The notes: a model not told the origin generated them from the sequence alone. Positions 10,017-21,649 are shown, counted from the stretch's first letter. The stretch: 64,000 nt of DNA from Candidatus Hydrogenedentota bacterium (GCA_963745075.1 CAVUWV010000009.1:64001-128000), one strand, 5' to 3'. Program-made: numbers and translations.

Positions 10017-10804
10017 GCCTGGATGTTCCGGCGGCGGAGGGCGAAGATCGAGACGGCCGTGAAAACGGCGATGGAAACGAGGGAGGTGGCGAGGCAGTAG
10101 TAAAGCGTCGGGGTCCACGTTGCGTCCATGCCTTCGCAGTTCATGGTGAACACCTGCCACGGGGATTCCATGTAGGTCGAGAATAGAAACGGCGCAATGT
10201 GCAGGGGATACTTGACGGTGTCCAGCACGATCCAGATGCCGATCGCGGCGCCGACCGCCGCACCGGTATTGCGAACCAACGTCGAGAGCATCACGGAGTA
10301 CGCTACGGCGGCGAACTGCGGGGCAAGTACGACAGAAGCGCCCAGCGCATAGGTGGACGCCATATGCGTGCTGGTGAACAGCATTTCACCGCCGTACTCG
10401 ATGCCGGCGAGCTTGCCCTTGATCGCGGCGATGATCCACGTGGCGGCCGCCACAATGGCCGTCAAAAGCAGAGCGTAGGTCATGCCGTGCAACAGTTTGG
10501 CCAGTAGGAATTCGTGCCGGCGGAGTGGCCGAACCAGGATCAACCGGATCGTGCCGCTGGACATTTCCGATGACACGAGGCCCGCGCAGTACGTCAAAAT
10601 GAGCAACAGTCCGAGCAGATTCAAGACCATGGGCGTAGCAAACGCGATGAAGTTGTACGCGCTCGCGCTGTCGTCGGAGATCGGTTGGATGAACGGCGTC
10701 AGCAACGCCATAATCGCGACCAGCAACGGCCCCACAAGCGCCGACTTGGACCGTAAGGCCTTCGAGCACTCCACCAGGTAAGCGTTGATCACGCGTTGCA
10801 TCAT
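10013..10804 (-). CDS. ABC-2 type transporter permease
   Basis: SSEMSSGTIRLILVRPLRRHEFLLAK motif, about 6 TM helices, coupled to the ATPase gene. Confidence 0.88.
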   Translation of the reverse strand: MMQRVINAYLVECSKALRSKSALVGPLLVAIMALLTPFIQPISDDSASAYNFIAFATPMVLNLLGLLLILTYCAGLVSSEMSSGTIRLILVRPLRRHEFLLAKLLHGMTYALLLTAIVAAATWIIAAIKGKLAGIEYGGEMLFTSTHMASTYALGASVVLAPQFAAVAYSVMLSTLVRNTGAAVGAAIGIWIVLDTVKYPLHIAPFLFSTYMESPWQVFTMNCEGMDATWTPTLYYCLATSLVSIAVFTAVSIFALRRRNIQA

Positions 10805-11700
10805 GAGTGGAGAACCTTGACGAAATAATCCTGCAAGGTGCGGCGCCGCGGGATCACCCCCGAGATGCGGTACCCTGCCCCGATTAAGAACGTCGTGAGC
10901 TGGTGGACCGATGCCCCATCCAGCGTGACGTTGACGCGCCCCGGCTGGGTCGTCGCTGAGGTCACCCACGGCTGTTCCCGCAAGCGTTTCGCCGCCGCTT
11001 CCGGCGCGTCGATGAGTACGTCGGCCTGATTCGGGTCGTAGGAAATCAGGCGGTCGGTCTCCTCGCACGCGAGCAACCGGCCCTGGTTGATGATCGCCAC
11101 CCGGTCGCACAGGATTTCCACCTCGTGCAGCATGTGGCTGGAAAGAATTATCGTCACTTTGGCCTCATCGGCGAGAAACCGCAACAAGCGGAGGATTTCC
11201 TGGGTGCTTTCGACGTCCATCCCACTCGTGGGTTCGTCGAGAACCAGGAGATCGGGCTCCGTCAACAAGGCCTGGGCCAAACCAAGACGTTGTCGCATGC
11301 CATGGGACATAGCCCCGACTTTTCGCCCCCCGAGATGGAGCAGGCCGACCCGGTCGAGGGCCCGGTCTACCGTGACTTCCTTGCGCGAAAGCCGGGCGAG
11401 GAGTTGAAGGTTACGCTTGGCCGAGAGATGGTTGTAGAACGACGGCCGTTCCACCATGACCCCCATGCGGGCCGAGACCTCCAGGAAGTTGCGGTGCAGG
11501 TCCTTGCCGAAGAGGCTGATTGACCCCGACGTGGGAGAAATAAGCCCGCACAGGGCCAAGAGCGTCGTGCTTTTTCCCGCACCGTTTGGTCCGAGTAAGC
11601 CAAACACCTCGCCTTCGCGCACAGACATGGTGAGTCCACTGACCGCGACCACCGAGCCGTAGCATTTTGCCAAGTTTTCCGTCTGCACACACGCAGCCAT
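10801..11700 (-). CDS. ABC transporter ATP-binding protein
   Basis: Walker A GPNGAGKST, signature MSHGMRQR, Walker B LVLDEPT, SSH. Confidence 0.95.
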   Translation of the reverse strand: MAACVQTENLAKCYGSVVAVSGLTMSVREGEVFGLLGPNGAGKSTTLLALCGLISPTSGSISLFGKDLHRNFLEVSARMGVMVERPSFYNHLSAKRNLQLLARLSRKEVTVDRALDRVGLLHLGGRKVGAMSHGMRQRLGLAQALLTEPDLLVLDEPTSGMDVESTQEILRLLRFLADEAKVTIILSSHMLHEVEILCDRVAIINQGRLLACEETDRLISYDPNQADVLIDAPEAAAKRLREQPWVTSATTQPGRVNVTLDGASVHQLTTFLIGAGYRISGVIPRRRTLQDYFVKVLHS

Positions 11701-11747
11701 GCGGGGGATAGTAGCAAGTTCGCGACGCGCACTTCCAAACGCAGCCC

Positions 11748-11808
11748 GGAGTCTGGAGTCTGGAGAGGGCTGTCCGTGCTCGTCCGTGGCTGTCTATGCG
11801 GGTTCGTG
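11748..11808. repeat. short intergenic tandem repeats
   Basis: GGAGTCT x2.5 (11748-11765), then GT[CT][CT][GA]TG at 11772, 11782, 11792 and 11802 (10-bp period). Confidence 0.55.
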
Positions 11809-11817
11809 TCCCGCTCC

Positions 11818-13515
11818 TCACCCCGCGGGCCGGATATCCTTGAGCACCAATTGCACGCTGGTTTCACCGCGCCACGTGTTGAACTGTGGCGAGAACGCCA
11901 CGTCCACCGTGCCCGACCCCGTCAGTTCGGGCAGCCGCTCTCCCATCCGGAATCCAATGGCATCCATGACGCGATTGCCGTTTCGCAACGCCACTTTCAT
12001 GTGGCCGCCGCGTAGTTCCCGCCAGGACCGCGGCAGCGGTTCCACGCCGAAGCTGCAAAACAGCGGAGCGGGGTTGGTGTTTCCGAAGGGTTGCAGTCGT
12101 TCCAACTGCGTGACCAGTTGGCTGTCGATTTCCGAGAGGCCGACTTGGGCATCGATGTGCAGTTGCTTCCTGAGATCGCCTTCGGGGAGCCGCTTGGCGG
12201 CCTCCGCCTCGAATGCTTCCTGGAAAGCCGCGACACATTCTTCGCGAATGGTGAGCCCCGCCGCCGCGGCATGGCCCCCGCAGGTGACAAGATGTGCGTC
12301 GCACGCGGACATGGATTCCGCGATATTGAACCCCGCCACGCTTCGCGCCGATCCCCGGCCGATGCCCTCGTCATCGATCCCAATCAATACCACGGGGCGA
12401 TAGTGCGTTGCCTGAATTCGGCTCGCCACGATTCCGATGACGCCGCGATGCCACCCCCGCCGGGCCAGCACGATGGTCCGCTGCTCCGGCCGGTACGTTG
12501 CTTCAAGTTCGCTTAACGCCTCGGCAACCGTTTCGTTCTCGAGATATCGACGTTCCTGATTCGCGGCGTCCAGTTCTCCTGCCAGCGTCTCCGCTTCCTC
12601 GATTGATTTCGTCAGTAGCAGGGAAAGTCCCATCCCGCCATCGCCCATGCGTCCACTGGCATTAATTCGCGGCGCCAATTGAAAGGCGATTTGTTCGGCC
12701 GTCAGGCTGTCGAGTTGCACCCCCGCGACCTTCGCCAGCATTCGAAGTCCCGGTCGTTCGCCCCGCCGTGCTTCGAGCAGCCCGGCGGCCACGAGATTGC
12801 GGTTTTCACCGCGCAACGGCACAACGTCTGCCACGGTCCCCAGCGCCACCAGGTCCAGGTCCTCGGTTTCCCCGGTCAACGCACGCGCGAGGTGGAAGGC
12901 AACGCCGGCGCCACAGATTTCACGGCCGGGGTAGTCCGGGGATTCACGCTGTGGATTAATAACTGCAAGCGCGGGCGGCAACGACCCTTCGATCAGATGA
13001 TGATCGGTGACGATTGCGTCGATACCGAGTTCGCCGGCACGCCGACAGGCGTCATGCGCGGCAATCCCATTGTCGACCGTCACGATAAGCGATACGCCTT
13101 CCTCTTTTGCGGCATCGACCCGGTCGGCGCTAAGGCCGTATCCGTCCACCAATCGATTGGGCATGTCGTAGCGACACGACGGGATGCCGAAACGCTGCAG
13201 CGCGCGAACCAACAACGCCGTGGCGGAAATACCGTCCACATCGTAATCGCCGAAGACCAAGACGCACTCGTTTCGGTCTCGCGCGTGTGCGATCCGGGCG
13301 ACGGCAACGTCCATGTCGGTCAACCGGAATGGATCGCTCAAACCGTCCAGCGACGGTTCCAGATACCGGCGCGCGCCGTTGGGCGTCAGAATTCCCCGTC
13401 CGGCCAAAATGCGGGCGATAATCGGATGAATCGAGACCTCGGCCGCAAGCGCGCGGGCAGCCCCACGATCGGCGTCGCGAACCGTCCAATCGATATGTCC
13501 GTTTAATCCGCTCAC
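11818..13515 (-). CDS. recJ: single-stranded-DNA-specific exonuclease RecJ
   Basis: GDYDVDG, TVDNG, TDHH, GTVADVV, PRINASGR, RGSARS, GGHAAAAG motifs. Confidence 0.97.
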   Translation of the reverse strand: MSGLNGHIDWTVRDADRGAARALAAEVSIHPIIARILAGRGILTPNGARRYLEPSLDGLSDPFRLTDMDVAVARIAHARDRNECVLVFGDYDVDGISATALLVRALQRFGIPSCRYDMPNRLVDGYGLSADRVDAAKEEGVSLIVTVDNGIAAHDACRRAGELGIDAIVTDHHLIEGSLPPALAVINPQRESPDYPGREICGAGVAFHLARALTGETEDLDLVALGTVADVVPLRGENRNLVAAGLLEARRGERPGLRMLAKVAGVQLDSLTAEQIAFQLAPRINASGRMGDGGMGLSLLLTKSIEEAETLAGELDAANQERRYLENETVAEALSELEATYRPEQRTIVLARRGWHRGVIGIVASRIQATHYRPVVLIGIDDEGIGRGSARSVAGFNIAESMSACDAHLVTCGGHAAAAGLTIREECVAAFQEAFEAEAAKRLPEGDLRKQLHIDAQVGLSEIDSQLVTQLERLQPFGNTNPAPLFCSFGVEPLPRSWRELRGGHMKVALRNGNRVMDAIGFRMGERLPELTGSGTVDVAFSPQFNTWRGETSVQLVLKDIRPAG

Positions 13516-14186
13516 CAGGCAGCCCTCACCAGGGCGACGATGGCTTCGACGGCTTCATCCGGTGTCATGTGGGTGGTATCCACGACCGTGGCGTCGTCGG
13601 CGCGCCGAAGTGGCGCGATTTCCCGCGTCATATCCTTTTCGTCCCGGGTCCGGATCTCCTCAATCAATCGTTCCCAATCCATTTCGATTCCTTTTTTCGC
13701 AAATTCCTCTGCGCGCCGACGGGCCCGTTCTTCAAGCGATGCGTCAAGATACACCTTGCATGCCGCATCGGGAAAAACGACCGTTCCAATATCTCGTCCT
13801 TCCGCCACCGTGGGCCCCTTGGCGCCGATCGCGCGCTGCAGTTCGACCAGACGCGCCCGGACACCGGCGCTCCGATCGAGTTTATGAATGTTCCGCGTAA
13901 CCTCCGGCGTGCGGATCGCTTCTGTGACATCCTGTCCGTCGACACGGACCGTTTGGCGGCCGCCGTCTTCGCGAAGATCCAGTTCCATTGCGCGCGTCGA
14001 GTTTTCCAACGACTTTGGGTCATCGAGATCGACCCCGAGGTGCATCGCCCGCCACGTGGCCGCGCGGTACATCGCGCCGGTGTCGAGAAAAGCGAAGTCC
14101 AACGCCTTGGCGGCCCGACGCGCGATGGTGCTTTTTCCCGCGCCGGCCGGTCCGTCGATGGCTACAATAAACTGCCCGTTCGTCAT
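13512..14186 (-). CDS. cmk: cytidylate kinase
   Basis: AIDGPAGAGKST, LDTGAMYRA, EGRDIGTVVFPDA motifs. Confidence 0.97.
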   Translation of the reverse strand: MTNGQFIVAIDGPAGAGKSTIARRAAKALDFAFLDTGAMYRAATWRAMHLGVDLDDPKSLENSTRAMELDLREDGGRQTVRVDGQDVTEAIRTPEVTRNIHKLDRSAGVRARLVELQRAIGAKGPTVAEGRDIGTVVFPDAACKVYLDASLEERARRRAEEFAKKGIEMDWERLIEEIRTRDEKDMTREIAPLRRADDATVVDTTHMTPDEAVEAIVALVRAAW

Positions 14187-14201
14187 ATTCCCGTGGCGTC
14201 G

Positions 14202-16229
14202 CTACGAGGCGGCCATGACCTTCCCTTGTTCGCGGATATAGGTGCGGCGCTTATCACTTCCAGCAAGCGTTTCGATCATGCTGCCCTTAGGCAGCGCGGG
14301 CTCGTTCAGAAGATACGGGTCCGCATAGATCTTAACCCCCGACTCGAAGAGCCCCGTCACGCGGGGCGGCGTCCTGATTTCATCGTCCGCAGGCACCGCG
14401 ATTTGAAAATCCTTGCGTAACACATCGGCTACGTCGTGGAGTTGTTCGCCGAGCTTCTCTTTGGAAGCGACAAACTCGGCAAGCCGTTCCATGCGCGTAT
14501 TTACCGTTCGCAACGAAAGCTGCATGAAACTCGCCTGCATCCGCCGGCCGATCGTATCCGCGGGATCCTTCGCGCGGGCTCTCGCGGCGACCAGGAGCTG
14601 CTTGAGCAGCGCAACGGTCGGCAGTGCGCCGGACTGATTGTCCAGTACCTCCTTGGCCGTGAACACCTCCCGGAGTTCCGCCTCATACTTGGCGATATGA
14701 GCGCGCAGTTCGAGCGATTCCCGATCCCAGAAAGCGCGCCGGTCGCGCATTTGATGAAGCAGCGCGGCGGCCTTGCGAATATCGCTGGTCGGCGCCATCA
14801 ACCGTTCCTTCAGACCTGCGATGTCGGCCAGCTCTTCCGTTACGTCCTTGGCAAACCCGCCTTCCGCCTCGAGCTGCGCAAAGTCCGTGGTCATTTCATC
14901 GAATGACGAGGCTTCGTCGACTGTCTCATAATCGTCTTGCGACAGGCCCTTATATCGTTCGATGCGAGCCAGCTTTTCCTCGGCCATTTCGACGAGCGTC
15001 TCCAGCACTGCGCGAATTCGATTCACCTGCGCCAGCCGATGCTCGGCCTGCCCCAGTTTTTCCGCCACCGGATGAAGCTGGTCCTTGCCCGTCATGTAGA
15101 CGATAGCGTTTCGCGCGGCGTGTTCCGCTTCGGCTTGGGAATACTGAATGCGCGTCTGAAGCGCTGAGATACGTCGCTGCAACCCTGCGACTTGTGCCAG
15201 CAGTCGCAGAGCGTCCGGTCCGGGCTCCTCCCCGTAGTCCTGGCACGACAAGCCCGTTCGCAGGACGATGGCGAGTTCCCGCGAGTCGGATTGGCGAAAG
15301 CGCTCGGCCGTGAGTTCCCGCGATACCATGAATACGCCGCCGTATACGTCGCCACGCACGTGAATCTCGGGGGAGATGTATTTCCCCATAATCGCGGACT
15401 GTTCGATCCAGATTTCGGATCCGCCGAATACCAAATCCGGAGACTCCGATTGCCGGCAATGCACACCGCCCCATTTGGACACGACGTAGGCGCGGACGAT
15501 GATGTTCCGGGCACGAATGTTCCCTTGCCGGACGACGACCACCCCGGAAATGTTTTCGCGCACTTCACAGTGCTGCGACGCCGCGACTTTGCCCATGACG
15601 AACCCGTCGACACTGCACGACCCCTCTTCGATAACCAGCGTGCAGTTCTCCGGAACGCTTCCCAAAACCTTGAGGTGGCCGGCGCGGTGAATCAGCACGG
15701 GACCCCGGCCCTGAATGTTGATTCCAGCGAACATCTTGATCTCACGCGGCTTCGCGCCGACGATGTCTCGCTCCGTTACGACGTGCAGCCGGGTGGACAA
15801 TGCCGGGAGACGAGGGGTAACGCTCATCTTCTGGTGCCGGTCTTCCATGGCCGTGGCGTGCCGGTCCAACAACTGGATCACGCGTGCAAATCGGTCCGGC
15901 TGGTTGCACGACTGCGCCAACTGAAGCGTGGCCAACAGCATGTCCAGCTCGTCCCACGCCAGAAAACGCGCATTGCCGGCATCTAAATCATCGATCAGTT
16001 CGCGCAACACCCATTGGTGCCGCCGGCCTTCCGTCTGGAATTCGGCATTCGTGGCGAACGCCTTCCACGCAGTCACGCGAACAGGGATCTGCGCGCACGC
16101 CGTCAGCGCCTCGGGGTCTCCGGCCAACGATCGGTGCCAGGAATCGCAGATGGCGATATCCTGCAAGGTGACTTCCCCCACCTCCTCATCGGGAAGCTCC
16201 GAAACATGTTCGATGAGTCGGTCCAGCAT
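14202..16229 (-). CDS. hypothetical protein, FapA/DUF342-like (beta-helix plus coiled coil)
   Basis: Gly/Val-rich beta-solenoid segment (GHLKVLGSV...GSCSVDGFVMG...GNIRAR), long coiled coil, C-terminal RVTGLFESGVKI. Confidence 0.55.
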   Translation of the reverse strand: MLDRLIEHVSELPDEEVGEVTLQDIAICDSWHRSLAGDPEALTACAQIPVRVTAWKAFATNAEFQTEGRRHQWVLRELIDDLDAGNARFLAWDELDMLLATLQLAQSCNQPDRFARVIQLLDRHATAMEDRHQKMSVTPRLPALSTRLHVVTERDIVGAKPREIKMFAGINIQGRGPVLIHRAGHLKVLGSVPENCTLVIEEGSCSVDGFVMGKVAASQHCEVRENISGVVVVRQGNIRARNIIVRAYVVSKWGGVHCRQSESPDLVFGGSEIWIEQSAIMGKYISPEIHVRGDVYGGVFMVSRELTAERFRQSDSRELAIVLRTGLSCQDYGEEPGPDALRLLAQVAGLQRRISALQTRIQYSQAEAEHAARNAIVYMTGKDQLHPVAEKLGQAEHRLAQVNRIRAVLETLVEMAEEKLARIERYKGLSQDDYETVDEASSFDEMTTDFAQLEAEGGFAKDVTEELADIAGLKERLMAPTSDIRKAAALLHQMRDRRAFWDRESLELRAHIAKYEAELREVFTAKEVLDNQSGALPTVALLKQLLVAARARAKDPADTIGRRMQASFMQLSLRTVNTRMERLAEFVASKEKLGEQLHDVADVLRKDFQIAVPADDEIRTPPRVTGLFESGVKIYADPYLLNEPALPKGSMIETLAGSDKRRTYIREQGKVMAAS

Positions 16230-16235
16230 GTGCCC

Positions 16236-17294
16236 CTAGGCGGAGATCGCAACCTGCCGCGCCATGGCCGCGATGGATTCGCGGTACGGTGGCCGCAGGA
16301 TGCCGTGCTCCGTAATAATCCCGGCGATGAGCTCATTCGGCGTCACATCGAATGCCGGGCTGTACACTTTAACGTTTTCGGGCGCGGTTCGCGTGCCGAA
16401 TCCGTTGGTTACTTCGTCTTCCTTGCGCAACTCGATAGGAATCCGGTCACCGGATTCGAGGGACAAATCGAAGGTGGATGATGGCGCAGCGACATAGAAG
16501 GGCACCTCATGCGCCTTGGCAATCAGCGCAACGTTGTACGTCCCGATCTTATTGGCGGCGTCGCCGTTTGCGGCAATCCGGTCCGCGCCCACCACTACAA
16601 GCTGGATACGGCCCTCGCGCATCACTTGTGCCGCCGTGTTGTCGCATATCAGCGTCACGTCAATCCCGGCGTTCATCAATTCCCACGCGGTGAGCCGGGC
16701 GCCCTGAAGCAGGGGACGGGTCTCGTCGGCAAACACGTGGAACGCGCGGCCCATTTCGTGCGCCCGAAACATGACCGCGAGAGCGGTGCCATAGTCGGCG
16801 GTTGCCAAGCCACCCGCGTTGCAGTGCGTGAGTACGCCATCGCCTTCCTGAATGAGCGCGGCGCCGTGTCTCCCGATCTCCCGGCAGGTCCGCTGGTCTT
16901 CTTCCAGAATGGAGGTCGCCTCCTGTTCGAGCACTTGAAACAGGGCTTCGGCGCTGGAGGCCTTCGCGTTTCTATCTGCCACCGCGCGCATGCGGTCCAA
17001 GGCCCAAAACAGATTGACGGCGGTGGGGCGGGACGTAGCGAGGTAGTCGGCCGTCTCCCGAACGGTCTCGAGCATGGCGGGCACGTCCTCAGGGGCGCGG
17101 TCCCGAACGCCGACGAGCACCCCGAATGCCGCGCATACCCCGATAGCGGGCGCCCCCCGAACGCGCAACGACTTGATCGCCTCCCAAACCTGCTCAGCCG
17201 TATCGAGCCGGATTTCCTTGAACTCAAGCGGTAGCAGCGTCTGATCGATGATAAAGAGCTGACCGTTCCGCCATCGCAATGTCGCCTGTGCCAC
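16236..17294 (-). CDS. mtnA: S-methyl-5-thioribose-1-phosphate isomerase
   Basis: VRGAPAIG, SRPTAVNL, LTHCNAGGLAT, ETRPLLQGARLT, GADRIAANGD motifs. Confidence 0.97.
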   Translation of the reverse strand: MAQATLRWRNGQLFIIDQTLLPLEFKEIRLDTAEQVWEAIKSLRVRGAPAIGVCAAFGVLVGVRDRAPEDVPAMLETVRETADYLATSRPTAVNLFWALDRMRAVADRNAKASSAEALFQVLEQEATSILEEDQRTCREIGRHGAALIQEGDGVLTHCNAGGLATADYGTALAVMFRAHEMGRAFHVFADETRPLLQGARLTAWELMNAGIDVTLICDNTAAQVMREGRIQLVVVGADRIAANGDAANKIGTYNVALIAKAHEVPFYVAAPSSTFDLSLESGDRIPIELRKEDEVTNGFGTRTAPENVKVYSPAFDVTPNELIAGIITEHGILRPPYRESIAAMARQVAISA

Positions 17295-17370
17295 CTGGAA
17301 CCTCTCCCATTCCCCTTTAATCTACATGCTATAGAAGGCGAGGCGCAATGGCAAGCGGCATCGACGGCGG

Positions 17371-18670
17371 CTAATCCTCTTCGGGCGGCGGCTCTTGGAC
17401 CTTGACGCGTTGGTTTCCCAGTAACCAGCGCATGCGAATCAGCATACCGGCGCTGAGTACCGCGCCCGACCGGGCCAGAAATCGCCCCTCCTCGTCGTAG
17501 ACGTTCTCCGCGAGGATGAGTCCGGGCCGCACCTCCTGAACCGGCAGCTCCCTAACGTCTTCTTCGGCGGGCCCGACGAAGGCATGGCCTGCGCAACCGA
17601 TGGCGATTTCGACCAATTCCGGATCGTAAATCCGCCCGCGTCCCGCAAGGAGGTGTTTGCGAACTTCCTCGATCGGGTGTTTATCCCCGCTGCTGAACAT
17701 GAGATGCGTATCGCAGCCGTCCGCGATGCGGACGAGGCGCGCCCCCAAAGGAATTTTGTTGCCCTTGAGTCCTCGCGGAAACCCGGACCCATCATAGTTT
17801 TCCGCGTGGGCTTCAACAATCTCCGCGACCTTTTCCGCGCCGCGCACCTCGCTCAACAGCATCGCGCCAATTACGGGATAAGCCTCGAAGACTTTCCGTT
17901 CCTCCTCACTCAACATCCAGGGCGGTTTCATCCGAAGGAACGTCGGGCATGCCGAATTGGCCCACGTCGTGGAGCAAGGCGGCATACACCAGAGTGCGCT
18001 GCTCGTCGGCGGATAACTTGAGCTTCTCCCCCATGCACCCCGCCAGCTTCTCCGCGCGGGCTGCATGGCTGCCTTGGGCCGTTCCTGCCTGGTCGAACAA
18101 ATTAGTCAGGATTCGCAACGACCCGTGAAACCCTTCCTCCAATTCCTCTTTCTGGTGTTCCAGTTGCCGTATGGCCGACTCGAACGACGAGGTTATATCA
18201 GCGAGTTGTGTCCGCATCGCGTCCGACGCCTTGCCGATCTCTTCGGCAACCATCGAGGCGCCGTCGATCCCTGCACGAGGCGAGCGCTGTTCGGTTTGGC
18301 GCGCCAACAGGGCTTTGACTTTAGCGGCGATCACGTCGAAGGCGAGGGGCTTCTGGATAACGTCGGCAACGCCGCGCTTGATGAGATCGGACACCAACCG
18401 CGGTTCCATCACGCCGGTCATCGCCACGATTAACGGAGGCGAATCTCGCTCCAGTACTTCCATGATGAGTTGATGCCCATGCTTGCGCGGCATCCGGAGA
18501 TCTGTAAGGAGGATGTCGTATCGATTAGCCTCGAGCATGTACTCGGCGACGAGACCGTCTTCCGCGACATCGCAATTGATTTGTTCTTTTTGCATCGCGC
18601 GCGAAAGCAGGGCGCGGAATTCGCGAGAGTCATCCACCACCAGTGCGCGAGGTAATCGGTGCGGTTCCAT
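17371..18670 (-). CDS. response regulator receiver plus HD-GYP domain protein (apparent frameshift near 17938)
   Basis: REC domain (VVDD, TDLRMP, QKP), LLHDVGQFGMPD; removing one base near 17938 continues into LRMKPPWML...YDGSGFPRGL...IPLGAR. Confidence 0.85.
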
Positions 18671-18810
18671 AAACGCTCCTCAGTCACCTGCGAACGAGAA
18701 AAAGACGAATCGGCACCGGAACAGCTTGTAGTATAACATAGGTGGATACGCTACATTTGTGCAAGTCGTTTGCGGTACCGTGGGAGCGTGTGATGACCGG
18801 GTTCCGCGAC

Positions 18811-21649
18811 CTAACGCTCACCGGACACGTCCGTGAGCGGCACGAGCGCATTTCCGCGACGAATTGCCGAAACCAATTCCGCCCGGCCTACGACGATTCC
18901 CGGGTGCTCGCTCGTGAAATCGATCTCGATAAGTTCCGGATTTGCGGTGAGGTCCATGCGCAACGAGCCAACGGTAATCGTGTCGACATTCCACAACGCC
19001 GCCCGCAACAATTGCGTCTGCGCGATTGTGAGCAGGGCCATCGTGCCATGGGCGTGAACGTCCTCGCCCGGCAGCTCCATCGCCAAGGGGGAGTCGCCGA
19101 TGGCGTACAGGAAGACTTCGCGGATTCCGTCCGTGCGATGCACGACGACGCAAAGATACGGCTCTTCATCCTGCTCCGGGGTAACGGAAGGGACGGCAAT
19201 TCGCTCGATAGATTCGATCGCACGGTTGCCTTCGTACGGCTCAACCACGGCAACGAATGTCGAAGCCAGCGGCGCCGTATCGCTTTCTCTCCGAAGGAGC
19301 ACGCGCGGAATCCAGCGGGACTCCGATCCGTAGAGCCCCACGTCCACCCAGCCTTCGGCGAGGTAGGCTTCCGCGTCACGCGTCAGATCCGTATACCGCA
19401 GATGGATGTTCCGTGCGGGATCGACGTAGCCGTACGGATCTTCCAGCGTCCAATCGACGCTCCAACCCGGATCGGGATTCGTATCGGCGCGAAACGCGCG
19501 CATCTGCGCGTTGTCGATGCACGGCGGCGCGTCGACCAACGTCAGTCCTTCGGTCGCCACCGTCCCGAAAGACGAATGAAAGAACTTCGTGTGATTCGTG
19601 CCGCCGGCGACGTCAAATACGTCGATGACGTAGAAGTTCTTCTCGTCGATATCCACCAGGGCCACCAGCCGCTCGTATCGGCCGCCGCCGATCATGTCCG
19701 GTGCCGACGCGCGAACGGCGTGGAACCGGTCCCCGTTGGCCCAGAGCGTGGTCTCCCCGGCGGTCGCCGCCTGATTCTTGCCGTCCACGGCAACCGTCAC
19801 ATGCGCCGCGGTCATCGTGTACCAGACCGCGCGCGGTGCGCCCCAGCCCCCGTACCCCACCGGCGGGTAGCCGAAGTCGGGCACCAGGTCGAGGCCCTTG
19901 GCGAACAGTCCCATGTTCATCCCGTCGCGATGGCTGTGCCGCTCGTTCGAGTCGTAGTCCAGCCACAACGCGCGCCGGTTCTCCCCCTCACCCGATCGCA
20001 GGATGGCGAGGTGCCATTGTTGCTTGTTCACGCTTCCGAGTTTCGGCGTCGATCCGTTCGCGTCGATCACATCTTGAACTTCTTGCTGAAACGCCGCCGG
20101 GTCCTCGGCGAAGAGGTCGTGAGGCAACCCCTCCACTTTCGAACCGTTCGCGAGGTAGAGGACTTGCACCAACCCCGGATCGTTGGTCAAATCCGCCACG
20201 TCCATCAGAAAGGCGTACATGGACGGTTCCGCGCCAGGATTCGCGATAAACGGCACGCCCACGTACGTTTCGTTCTTCTTGCCGATCACCCCCGTATCGC
20301 CCGACCGGGGATACCAGGATTCCATGCACCACGTGTCGAGGTGAAAGCGATACGTCTGCCGGAGCGGGGGATGCCGTTCGTACACGGTTTCCAGAAACCC
20401 CGGTTCCAGACGGCGCATTTGCGACAGGATTTCCGCGAGCGCGTGGGGTGCAATGGTGGTGTATCCGGCCATGCCTTTCTCGCCGCTGACCCCGTCCACC
20501 GCAGTCGCCTTTTCGACGATGCCGTCCAGCAATCCGAGCACTTCCTCCTTGTTGCCCGGCCAACCGAGCACGGTCTTAATCACGAGCATGGCGATATCCG
20601 TACGCGGATAGTTCGACTCGATCCGATTGCGATGGTTCAACGTGTCGACGAAGATGCCGGTCTCGATGTTGCGCTGGATGTCGGTCCAGGAGGTTTTCGG
20701 GTTATCGAGCTTATATTCCTGCGCCTTGGTCGCCAGGTATTTGGTCAGTTCAGTTTCCTGGGCTTTCGCTCCGTCGAAGATGCGGTCATACGCGAAAGCG
20801 AGGTGACGCACTTCTTCGCACGCGTCGTGCCACGTGGAGATCTGCCCGCGTGTGCCCGACGTTGTCTCGTAAACTAGCCCGCCCTGGGTATGGAAATCGA
20901 AAGAGGAATAGAGGTCCCCGACGCGATCCAGCATGATCGCCGCTTTGAACGCGTACTCGGGATTGCCCGTTGCGGCGTATGCCGCGCTCAAATTCACGAT
21001 GCCCGCGTGGACGTACTTCTTCCAATGCCCGAAGATCACGTACCACCCGATGAAGCGCCACCTGTGCCCATCCGCCTGATACCCGGTCCCGTCGTCCACG
21101 CCGAACAAGTGCAGCGGATCGTCGGGGTCCGGATGCTCCGTATTGAACAACAGCGAACGATCCGCCAACTCCGGCTGAAACACGCCATGCTCATCCAACC
21201 CGGATTTGTGGAACGCCTCGAAATCGTTTTTCGGAAACAGTTCCTTGCAGTGGGGACACCGCACTTTCCACGGAAAGGCAAAGGGGTCCACTTCCCACGT
21301 GTACATCCGCACGTCTTCCTTGCACGCGGGACAGTATCCGTCCGACCAGACCATCCACGTCCGCGGGATGTTGGGCCCGAACATGGCCTCCCAGAGTTCG
21401 TCATTGGAGAGATCTATCCAGGGCTTGGCGCGGTCGACGAGTTGCTGCTGCATCGCCTTCGCCCAATCCTGCTCGGCAGCATTCGTCTTCGCGCGGGCGA
21501 GAAGGTCTTGCGGGTAAAAGGCGCTTTGGGTCTTCGTCGGCATGTAATCGGACCGATCGGTCGGAGTCCGTCGGATCGGCTCCTCGCGCCAATCCAGCGG
21601 CCAGCACCACGGCCAAAGCCGCACCCCACATCTGCAGCAAACGTTTCAC
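18811..21649 (-). CDS. secreted heparinase II/III-like protein (apparent frameshift near 21555)
   Basis: AAGGAG RBS plus GTG 21649 and a signal peptide in one frame; large alpha-toroid and HSHRDGMNMGLFAKG...WYTMTAAHVTVAVDG heparinase-type domain in the other. Confidence 0.75.
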
